From contig JBMNVA010000010.1 of assembly GCA_050946555.1 (NCBI GenBank), positions 5,825 to 69,824 on the forward strand: a stretch of DNA of 64,000 bases. Reading direction: 5' to 3'. Position 1 is the stretch's first letter. Each line of letters opens with the position of its first letter. Below are positions 56,954 through 64,000 of this stretch, piece after piece. Both the position numbers and the translations under genes were made by a program. The stretch comes from Anaerovoracaceae bacterium (GTDB taxonomy: Bacteria > Bacillota > Clostridia > Peptostreptococcales > Anaerovoracaceae). The notes below the pieces were generated by a model. It was not told where the DNA came from, did not search any database, and saw only the letters and a program-made list of their open reading frames with translations.

Positions 56954-58395
56954 AACTGATATTCGAAATCGGAAATGAAGGAAGACAGCTCTCCCTGCTC
57001 CCGGAATGCGATGTCCCGGTCACGGAAGTCCCGGACAAATTCAAAAGAAACAAAGAGCTCCATCTCCCTCAGGTCTCTGAGAATGAGATGAGCCGTCACT
57101 ACACGAAGCTGGAGGAACGCTCCCACGGCGTGAACAACGGATTCTATCCGCTGGGCTCCTGTACGATGAAATACAACCCGAAGGTCAACGAACTCACGGC
57201 GAACCTCAAAGGCTTCACCAACATCCACCCTCTTCAGAGTGAACACTCCGTTCAGGGCTGCATGCAGGTGATGAAGATGACGGAAGATGCGCTCTGCGAG
57301 ATCACGGGGCTGGATGCGTTCACGATGCAGCCGGCAGCCGGCGCGCACGGCGAGTTCACCGGCATCCTGCTGATCAAGTCGTACCACACGGACCGCGGCG
57401 ATACCGCGAGAAAAGAGATCATCGTACCGGACTCCGCACACGGAACGAACCCGGCAAGTGCGGCGATGTGCGGCTATAAAGTCGTCAGTATCGATTCCGG
57501 CGAAGACGGGTGCATCGATCTGGACGAGCTGAAAGCCGCTGTCGGACCGCAGACCGCGGGCCTGATGCTGACGAACCCGAACACGGTCGGGCTTTTTGAC
57601 AAAAACATCAAAGAGGTCACGAAGATCATCCACGATGCCGGCGGCCTCTGCTACTATGACGGCGCGAACCTGAACGCTCTGATGGGCCATGCCCGCCCGG
57701 GCGACTTCGGATTCGACTGCTGCCACCTCAACCTGCATAAAACATTCTCCACTCCGCACGGCGGCGGCGGCCCGGGTTCGGGTCCTGTCGGCTGCAAGGA
57801 GTTCCTGAAGAAGTATCTGCCGGGACACCGTGTCTACGGCAACGAGAAAGACGGTTATCACTACGAGGTCGAGGAAAAGACGATGGGCGCGGTCAAGCAG
57901 TTCTACGGCAACTTCACCGTCATCGTCAAGGCCCTCACGTATATCCTGATGCTCGGCAAGGAAGGCATCCCGGAGGCTTCGCAGAACGCGGTGCTGAACG
58001 CGAACTACATGAGAGTGAAACTCGCGGACGAGTACGATATCGCCTACGATGTGACCTGCATGCACGAGTTCGTCATCAGCTGCGAGAAGCTGAAGCACGA
58101 GACGGGCTGCAGCGCGATGGATATCGCGAAAGGTCTGCTGGACTACGGCATCCATCCGCCGACAATGTACTTCCCGCTGATCGTTGAGGAAGCTCTGATG
58201 GTCGAACCGTGCGAGACGGAGCCGAAAGAAGTCCTCGATGAAGCGATCGAGGTCCTGCGCAAGCTCTACGATGAGGCTCACACGAATCCGGAAGCGCTGC
58301 ACAGCGCACCGCATCACTGCGTGATCGGAAGACCGGATGAAGTCAAGGCTGCCAGAAACCCGGTCGTCCGCTACGATTTCGGCGCGGCTGAGTAA
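56950..58395 (+). CDS. gcvPB: glycine dehydrogenase (decarboxylating) subunit 2
   Basis: ATGA overlap with gcvPA. FYPLGSCTMKYNP...HLNLHKTFSTPHGGGGPG (PLP-Lys region). Confidence 0.95.
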   Translation: MKLIFEIGNEGRQLSLLPECDVPVTEVPDKFKRNKELHLPQVSENEMSRHYTKLEERSHGVNNGFYPLGSCTMKYNPKVNELTANLKGFTNIHPLQSEHSVQGCMQVMKMTEDALCEITGLDAFTMQPAAGAHGEFTGILLIKSYHTDRGDTARKEIIVPDSAHGTNPASAAMCGYKVVSIDSGEDGCIDLDELKAAVGPQTAGLMLTNPNTVGLFDKNIKEVTKIIHDAGGLCYYDGANLNALMGHARPGDFGFDCCHLNLHKTFSTPHGGGGPGSGPVGCKEFLKKYLPGHRVYGNEKDGYHYEVEEKTMGAVKQFYGNFTVIVKALTYILMLGKEGIPEASQNAVLNANYMRVKLADEYDIAYDVTCMHEFVISCEKLKHETGCSAMDIAKGLLDYGIHPPTMYFPLIVEEALMVEPCETEPKEVLDEAIEVLRKLYDEAHTNPEALHSAPHHCVIGRPDEVKAARNPVVRYDFGAAE

Positions 58396-58529
58396 ACACA
58401 GGCGGGTTCTGCCGGAACAGGCTGCAGAACCGACCGGCAGCAACAGCAACGCAACATCATCAAACTGCCTGTCATAGCTCTGTGCTATGGCAGGCACTGT
58501 TTTACCATCTCAAAAGGAGAAATGAAAAT

Positions 58530-59930
58530 ATGGAAAAATATGATCTGATCATCATCGGAGCCGGCCCGGGAGGCTATGAATCCGCGGCCGAGGCTTCTTC
58601 CCGCTACGGCATGAAGACAGCGCTGATCGAGAGCCGCGATCTCGGCGGGACCTGCCTGAACCGCGGGTGCATCCCGACGAAAACCCTGCTCCACACGGCG
58701 TCGATGTACTACTCCGTCCACACACACGGAAGCGAGATCGGCCTGACCGGAGGCGACGGCCTCGGCTACGACATGAAGAAGCTCAACGAGCGGAAGAACG
58801 ATGTCGTCCAGACGCTTCGCGACGGCGTGGCGCAGAGCATGAAAAAAAGCAAGGTCACGGTGTACAGCGGCCTCGGCTCGATCCTCGCGCCGGGCAAAGT
58901 GCGTGTCCGTCTGAACGACGGCGGTGAAGAGATTCTGGAAACGGAACACATCCTGATCGCGACCGGATCCGTCCCGGCGATCCCGCCGATCAAGGGCGCG
59001 GACAACCCGGGCGTTCTGACGAGCGATGAGATCCTGGACCTTTCGGAACCGATCGAAAGCCTCGTCGTGGTCGGCGGCGGCGTCATCGGTATGGAGTTCG
59101 CTTCGGTCTTCAGTTCTCTCGGCGTGAAGGTGACGATCGTCGAAGCACTGGACCGGATCATCGCGAACCTCGACCGCGAGTTCTCGCAGAGCCTGAAGAT
59201 GATCGCGAAAAAATCAAAGGGGATCGACATCCACACGAAAGCAACGGTCACGGAGATCAGCGGCAACGGCGGCCCGGGAACGAACGGCATGATCTGCACC
59301 TATGAGGAAAAAGGCGAGACCTGCCAGGCTTCGGGCGATTACATCCTGATGTCCGTCGGACGCCGCGCCTATACGGAAGGTCTGTTCGATGACGAAGCGA
59401 CAGATGACGTGAAGAACATGGCGCTGGACCGCGGCAAGATCACGGTCAACGACAAATATGAGACGAGCGTACCGGGGATCTACGCGATCGGCGATGTCAT
59501 CGGCGGCATCCAGCTCGCGCACGTCGCTACGGCGGAAGGCCGGACAGCGGTCGCCAACATGTGCGGAAAGGACTCCGGGATCGACATGAAGAATGTGCCG
59601 TCCTGCATCTATACAAGTCCTGAGATCGCGAGCGTCGGCATCACGCAGCAGGACGCAAAGGATCAGGGTATCGATGTGGTCACGAAGAAGTATCCGATGG
59701 GTGCGAACGGGAAATCCGTCCTGTCACAGCAGGAACGCGGATTCATCAAGGTCGTCGCGGACAAGGAGACCGGCGTCGTTCTCGGCGCTCAGATGATGTG
59801 CGCGCGTGCGACGGACATGATCACACAGTTCTCGCAGGCGATCACGAACAAGCTGACGCTGGACAACATGGCGGCGGTGATCTATCCGCATCCTACTTTT
59901 GTAGAAGGGATCGGCGAGGACGTCCGCTGA
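58530..59930 (+). CDS. lpdA: dihydrolipoyl dehydrogenase
   Basis: MEKYDLIIIGAGPGGY, redox-active GGTCLNRGCIPTK, and C-terminal HPHPTFVEG. Confidence 0.93.
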   Translation: MEKYDLIIIGAGPGGYESAAEASSRYGMKTALIESRDLGGTCLNRGCIPTKTLLHTASMYYSVHTHGSEIGLTGGDGLGYDMKKLNERKNDVVQTLRDGVAQSMKKSKVTVYSGLGSILAPGKVRVRLNDGGEEILETEHILIATGSVPAIPPIKGADNPGVLTSDEILDLSEPIESLVVVGGGVIGMEFASVFSSLGVKVTIVEALDRIIANLDREFSQSLKMIAKKSKGIDIHTKATVTEISGNGGPGTNGMICTYEEKGETCQASGDYILMSVGRRAYTEGLFDDEATDDVKNMALDRGKITVNDKYETSVPGIYAIGDVIGGIQLAHVATAEGRTAVANMCGKDSGIDMKNVPSCIYTSPEIASVGITQQDAKDQGIDVVTKKYPMGANGKSVLSQQERGFIKVVADKETGVVLGAQMMCARATDMITQFSQAITNKLTLDNMAAVIYPHPTFVEGIGEDVR

Positions 59931-59956
59931 GAATCCTTTTTTCCATCATTGATCCC

Positions 59957-59999
59957 GCGGGACCCCGGTCGGCTTCGGTTGACACGGGCCCCGCTTTTT
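59957..59999 (+). terminator. intrinsic terminator of the gcv operon
   Basis: gcgggacccc...cgggccccgc is an imperfect stem followed by ttttt. Confidence 0.55.
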
Positions 60000-60091
60000 C
60001 ATATCATTAAGCCATGACCGGAATGGCTTCAGGAGCGCCTGCTGATGCGCCGGGGCGGTTTTTCCGGGTTTCAGAAGGAAAGGGACGATAG

Positions 60092-60940
60092 ATGCAGAAC
60101 AGTACGTTACAGCGTGAATGGCGGCGTGTCTGCCGTGAGGAAGCGAAATATCTGCGCGAGAACAGCAAGGTCAGCGAGTCGCGTTTAAATCGAATGCTGG
60201 AGGACAAGATCCCGGACAATCTGCAGGACACGCTGGATGCCGCGTTCTGCAAGGCGTTCGAGCTGATCTTCCAGAAAGGGACCGGCATCATCGAGAAGAC
60301 GTATGACCGGGACGAGATCGAGAAGGAGTTCCGCCGGGCGCTGGACGGCGAGGATACTTCAGCGCACACGACGAACAACCTGCGCGCGGTGTCGAACCGG
60401 GCGGAGGATTCGGGCGGGCGCAGTTTCCTTTTGTCAGGGATCGAGGGCGTCGGTCTGGGGCTTCTCGGGATCGGGCTTCCGGATATCCCGATTTTTACGG
60501 GCGTACTGCTCCGGAGTGTGTATAAGATCGCGCTGAGCTACGGATATGACTATGAATCGCGGAAGGAAAAATATTTTGTGCTGGCGGTCATTGAGGCGGC
60601 GCTCTCGCACGGCGAAAACCTTAAGGCGACAAATGATGATCTGAACCGCTTTATCGTGAACGGCAAATATCCGCCGCATTACAGCCAGGTCCGTCAGATT
60701 CGGAAGACGTCCGCGACGCTGTCGCAGGAGCTTTTGTACATGAAATTCCTGCAGGGGGTCCCTGTGGTCGGCGCGGTGGGCGGTGCCTATGACGCGATCT
60801 ATATGAAGCGGGTGCAGAAGTTCGCAAATATCAAGTACAAGCGCCGGTTCCTGGCGGATCAGCACCGGGAGGAGGATGAGCGAAACGCCTCCGAAGAGTC
60901 GGATCAAGGCGGGCCGGATGACGGACCTTCGATCGCATGA
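60092..60940 (+). CDS. EcsC family protein
   Basis: 282 aa. ...GIEGVGLGLLGIGLPDIPIFTGVLLRSVYKIALSYGYDY... and GVPVVGAVGGAYDAIYM are characteristic of EcsC-family proteins. Confidence 0.8.
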   Translation: MQNSTLQREWRRVCREEAKYLRENSKVSESRLNRMLEDKIPDNLQDTLDAAFCKAFELIFQKGTGIIEKTYDRDEIEKEFRRALDGEDTSAHTTNNLRAVSNRAEDSGGRSFLLSGIEGVGLGLLGIGLPDIPIFTGVLLRSVYKIALSYGYDYESRKEKYFVLAVIEAALSHGENLKATNDDLNRFIVNGKYPPHYSQVRQIRKTSATLSQELLYMKFLQGVPVVGAVGGAYDAIYMKRVQKFANIKYKRRFLADQHREEDERNASEESDQGGPDDGPSIA

Positions 60941-61270
60941 CGGAGACCTAACCCGGTGAGCCTTGCGAGCCGTTGGTAGGTCCCGTGTCAGGAGCGCAGC
61001 GCTTTAGCGCGTGGCGCTCTACGGCTGGAGACCTAACCCGGCGGGGAGACTTGTCCCGGCGAACGAAGTGAGTCGCAGGAAAGTCCCCCGTCAGAACCAC
61101 AGGAGCTACGCTCCGTGGTGGTTCACGGCGAATGCAATAAGCCGTTGGTAGGTCCCCCGCCAGGCTCACCGGCGATGCGAAGCAAGCCGCTGTGAGCTAC
61201 GGCAAGTTCCGTGGTGGTTCACGGCGAATGAGGTGAGTCGTAGGAAAGTCCACCGTTAGAACCAGACTTA
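60941..61270. repeat. degenerate non-coding repeat array (about 3.5 units of 75-100 bp)
   Basis: Duplicated blocks: ggagacctaacccgg (60942, 61027); gccgttggtaggtccc (60969, 61141); tccgtggtggttcacggcgaatg (61112, 61208; 23/23 identical); gtgagtcgYaggaaagtccMccgtYagaacca (61068, 61233). Confidence 0.8.
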
Positions 61271-61294
61271 TAGGACAAAACGTGTTGCTAATAA

Positions 61295-61343
61295 CCGCTG
61301 CAACCGTTGAAACATCAATGGCTGCAGCGGTTTTATCTTTTTT
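61295..61343 (+). terminator. intrinsic terminator closing the ecsC / repeat-region transcript
   Basis: ccgctgca-N20-tgcagcgg followed by ttttatctttttt. Confidence 0.7.
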
Positions 61344-61552
61344 AATCAACTTACATGTTACAAGGTGGACAAAACGCGTTGGTAAAAATCTACGAAAGCA
61401 TTGAATTTTCAATGCGGATCAGTGTTGTATCTTTATCGTTTTTCCTTTTTCAGATGGCGAAGGGAATTACGCGCCTTGCCAACAGAAATCAAATGCAAGG
61501 CGCCGTCCTGCGCGGCCTCATACAGGCCGCTTGGACCGCTCGCGCCCTATAG

Positions 61553-62117
61553 CGGTCGCTTCCATTCCGCTCTGCTTCGCACTCGCGGGGAAGCTTCGCA
61601 TCAGACCTTCCTCCGCTTCGCTCTTCTCTTGACCTGTTATGCCCGAAGCGGGGATAGGGCTTGACCGGTCGCTTCCGTTCCGCTCTGCTTCGCATTCGCG
61701 GGGAAGCTTCGCATCAGACCTTCCTCCGCTTCGGTCTTCTCTTATCCTGTTTTGTCCGAAGCGGGGATAGGGCTTGACCGGTCGCTTCCATTCCGCTCTG
61801 CTTCGCACTCGCGGGGAAGCTTCGCATCAGACCTTCCTCCGCTTCGCTCTTCTCTTGACCTGTTATGCCCGAAGCGGGGATAGGGCTTGACCGGTCGCTT
61901 CCATTCCGCTCTGCTTCGCATTCGCAGGGAAGCTTCGCATCAGACCTTCCTCCGCTTCGCTCTTCTCTTGACCTGTTATGCCCGAAGCGGGGATAGGGCT
62001 TGATCGGTCGCTTCCGTTCCGCTCTGCTTCGCATTCGCGGGGAAGCTTCGCATCAGACCTTCCTCCGCTTCGGTCTTCTCTTATCCTGTTTTGCCCGAAG
62101 CGGGGATAGGGACTTGA
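61553..62117. repeat. five tandem copies of a 113-bp non-coding repeat
   Basis: Units start at 61553, 61666, 61779, 61892 and 62005, an exact 113-bp period. Copies 1 and 3 are identical. Copies 2 and 5 share a second variant. Copy 4 is intermediate. Confidence 0.95.
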
Positions 62118-62149
62118 TCGGGTTCGATTCCCTTCCTTTTGTCATTCCA

Positions 62150-62180
62150 CAGAAAAAGCCCTCCTTTTGGAGGGCTTTTC
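62150..62180 (-). terminator. intrinsic terminator directly after tRNA-Gly (near-palindromic, possibly bidirectional)
   Basis: Minus strand reads aaagccctcc-aaaa-ggagggcttt followed by ttctgtgg. The plus strand reads almost the same. Confidence 0.75.
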
Positions 62181-62182
62181 TG

Positions 62183-62256
62183 TGGAGCGGGCGAAGGGAA
62201 TCGAACCCTCGATTCGAGCTTGGGAAGCTCGTGTTTTACCATTAAACTACGCCCGC
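62183..62256 (-). tRNA. tRNA-Gly (anticodon CCC), CCA encoded
   Basis: The minus strand is GCGGGCGTAGTTTAATGGTAAAACACGAGCTTCCCAAGCTCGAATCGAGGGTTCGATTCCCTTCGCCCGCTCCA. It folds as a cloverleaf: acceptor GCGGGCG/CGCCCGC, anticodon stem CGAGC/GCTCG, loop TTCCCAA. Confidence 0.95.
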
Positions 62257-62294
62257 AGGTCGTGCCGGGATGGCCGGCACGCTTTATTATACTA

Positions 62295-63524
62295 CTATTT
62301 TTTCATGGCTTCAAGAATTTTCGCCGGGATGATGCGGCACTGGTCTTCGGTCACAGAAGCGACAGAGACACGGAGCCCTTTCCCGAACGGTACGAGGAAG
62401 ATCCCTTCTTCCTCCAGCTTGAGGCCGAGGCCTTTCGGATCGTCGCACGGGACGGTCACAAAGAATCCGGAGTCGTACGGAAGAATCTCCAGGCCGGCTT
62501 CTTCAGCCGCCTTTTCAAACGCTCTTCCGCGCGCATGCAGGACTTTTCCGATCTCGGCACGTTCCCGGGTCACTTCCTTCAGCAGCTCCTCATCCGCAAA
62601 GATCTTCTCGATCAGGCTCTGCCCGATGCGCGGGCTGTTGGACCAGGTCGCACGGCAGGAAAACTCACAGACGCGCACGAACTCTTCCGCGATCTCCTCG
62701 CTCGGCGCCATCGCGATCAGTGCGCCGCAGCGCATTCCGTACATCGTGAACGTCTTGGACAGGCTGAACGCGAGCATCGGGAACACGTTCCCCGGCAGCT
62801 CTTCCAGCTTCGGCAGGAAGCCGCGCACCCGGTCCTCATCACCGGCGAAGTCGATATACGCGGTATCCACCAGCAGAGTTGCTCTTTTGTCCTTCGGAAT
62901 CGCAGACAGGATCGCAACGATCTGATCCCACTCTTCCAGCGTCACCTCGTAGCCTGTCGGGTTCTGCGCCGGCGTGTTGATAATGATCAAAAGATCTTCC
63001 TGTTCGGACAGAAGTTCCTTTATTTTTTCTTCAAATGCTTCCAGGTTGAAGCCGCGGTTCTCGTTGAACAGACCGAACGAGACGACGCTGCGCCCCTGCT
63101 CATCGGCGATCTTGTTATACGGGCCCCAGTGCCAGTCTGTCGTGAGGATACGGTCTCCGCGGTTCGTATAGTTTGCCACCGCGGTGCGGATCGCTCCGGT
63201 TCCTCCCGGCGTCGCGACAACACGCACCTCCGACTTCGGGGTGTAGCTCCGGAACGCCGCGCGTTTGACCGCTGCGCGGTACCCCGGTGTGCCGCCGATC
63301 GGTGCATACGGTGCGAACTCCTCCGCCGAGATCGTCTTGATCTCAGACGCTACCGAAGAAAGCACCATTGGTTTTCCGTCATCCCCCAGAAGCATGCCGA
63401 TCGTTCCATTGATCACCTCGCGTCCTGCGGCCTTTGCCGCGTTTGCGCGCTGGCTGATCCCAAAGATCGCATCTTCCGCAGGGATCGTTCTGTCATTCTG
63501 GTCTGCAAAAATAAACTCAGACAT
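62295..63524 (-). CDS. class I/II PLP-dependent aminotransferase (aspartate/aromatic type)
   Basis: GTIGMLLGDDGKP...YAPIGGTPGYR...SLSKTFTMYGMRCGALIA (PLP-Lys in SxSK). The ATG at 63524 has proper spacing from GGAGGG; the track start at 63530 abuts the RBS. Confidence 0.88.
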   Translation of the reverse strand: MSEFIFADQNDRTIPAEDAIFGISQRANAAKAAGREVINGTIGMLLGDDGKPMVLSSVASEIKTISAEEFAPYAPIGGTPGYRAAVKRAAFRSYTPKSEVRVVATPGGTGAIRTAVANYTNRGDRILTTDWHWGPYNKIADEQGRSVVSFGLFNENRGFNLEAFEEKIKELLSEQEDLLIIINTPAQNPTGYEVTLEEWDQIVAILSAIPKDKRATLLVDTAYIDFAGDEDRVRGFLPKLEELPGNVFPMLAFSLSKTFTMYGMRCGALIAMAPSEEIAEEFVRVCEFSCRATWSNSPRIGQSLIEKIFADEELLKEVTRERAEIGKVLHARGRAFEKAAEEAGLEILPYDSGFFVTVPCDDPKGLGLKLEEEGIFLVPFGKGLRVSVASVTEDQCRIIPAKILEAMKK

Positions 63525-63628
63525 ACTCATCCCTCCTACGTGAATCTCCGATCTTAACTGAAACGTTTCTCCAAATCTCTTGTCCCAATTAAAAAAAATC
63601 AGTTAATTATATAATAATCGGGGGATAA

Positions 63629-64000
63629 TTACAATATTTTCACCCGAATATAGTTGATGTTTTTCCCCTGCGAAGAAAATTTTTCCTCATACTCCGTCAT
63701 GATGATGTCTTCCGCCGGGACATCGCGGTGCAGGTCGTAGGTCAGATAGTCGACCGCCATCCCGTCCTGCCTGCGAAACTCCCGCTCGGTAAACTCGAAA
63801 AGCGAGTCGTTGTCGGTCTTGAACTCGATCGTGCCGCCCGGCCGGATGACGTCGGCGTACTCCTGAAGATGCCTCCCCGCCGTCAGACGCCGCTTCGCGT
63901 GGCGCGCTTTCGGCCAGGGATCGCTGAAATTCATGAAGATCCCGTCCGCCTCATTTTTGTCAAAAAAATCCCGGATGTCTCGGACATAGCCGAGCACGAA
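63629..64000 (-). CDS. trmB: tRNA (guanine-N7)-methyltransferase TrmB (C-terminal part; the gene continues past the window end)
   Basis: FSDPWPKARHAKRRL...GGTIEFKTDN..LFE is the TrmB signature. The ORF is open at the window edge. Confidence 0.85.
   Translation of the reverse strand, partial: FVLGYVRDIRDFFDKNEADGIFMNFSDPWPKARHAKRRLTAGRHLQEYADVIRPGGTIEFKTDNDSLFEFTEREFRRQDGMAVDYLTYDLHRDVPAEDIIMTEYEEKFSSQGKNINYIRVKIL

Noticed and set aside
56734-58497. 587-aa minus-strand ORF
   Set aside because: It is antisense to gcvPA/gcvPB, with no motifs. Shadow ORF.
61068-61264. AGGAAAGTCC motif (twice) reminiscent of the RNase P RNA conserved region
   Set aside because: Only the 10-mer matches. The flanking sequence lacks the P4 partner and other universal RNase P elements. 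The motif is part of a duplicated repeat block.
61489-62034. Three minus-strand ORFs (68, 96 and 106 aa) with near-identical peptides (MRSRAE.KRP.KPYPRFG.NR.RE.RSGGRSDAKLP.ECEAERNGSDR)
   Set aside because: They are the 113-bp repeat read repeatedly. The period is not divisible by 3, so no consistent repeat protein can be encoded. There is no RBS before the ATGs.
61553-62117. The idea that the 113-bp array is a CRISPR array or a DGR template/variable repeat pair
   Set aside because: There are no unique spacers, because the entire unit repeats. The unit length is far outside the CRISPR repeat range, and there are no cas genes. For a DGR there is no reverse transcriptase. The variant positions are not adenine-specific (A>G, C>T, C>G and G>A are all seen).
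62139-63557. 472-aa plus-strand ORF overlapping tRNA-Gly and the aminotransferase
   Set aside because: It is antisense to a clear PLP aminotransferase and reads through a tRNA gene. It is low complexity and Arg-rich. Likewise, 46302-47750 is antisense to the FAD oxidoreductase.

Overview
This window looks like core chromosome from a high-GC Firmicute, probably Clostridia-like; that assignment is an inference from gene content, gene order and RBS style. Coding density is very high. Most long ORFs that lie antisense to real genes are GC-driven shadow ORFs. The recognisable content, in order along the window: (1) A six-gene minus-strand redox/electrophile-detox operon with overlapping genes (20-4043). 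(2) A 1065-aa surface protein with Pmp-like beta-helix repeats plus six Cna-B repeats (4432-7629). (3) ssrA (tmRNA) and smpB, two tandem signal peptidase I genes, and an RluA-type pseudouridine synthase. (4) A GntR regulator, a Na:alanine/glycine symporter, a RocB-like M20 peptidase and pncB. (5) uvrA and uvrB, followed by YitT, YbaK and an NSS transporter. (6) The complete S10-spc-alpha ribosomal supercluster (27448-42929, minus), including secY, adk, map, infA, rpmJ and rpoA. (7) Desulfoferrodoxin and a uridine-kinase-like protein. (8) A LysR / NhaC / FAD-oxidoreductase module. (9) A PC4/YdbC-like protein, a metallophosphoesterase and xth. (10) gcvT-gcvH-gcvPA-gcvPB-lpdA behind a glycine riboswitch. 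(11) EcsC, tRNA-Gly(CCC), an aminotransferase and a partial trmB. I see no multi-gene protein system of unknown function: no defence genes, no recombinase or transposase, no CRISPR. The unexplained signal is non-coding or structural. The main items are: an orphan cobalamin riboswitch with its own promoter and two terminators but no downstream ORF; a 1.2-kb intergenic block made of two non-coding repeat arrays (5 x 113 bp, plus an older degenerate array) next to tRNA-Gly, with tRNA T-arm fragments; a 5.2-kb three-gene cassette bracketed by a perfect 22-bp direct repeat; 34-bp iterons upstream of the gcv promoter; and a triplicated 3' end of a signal peptidase gene.
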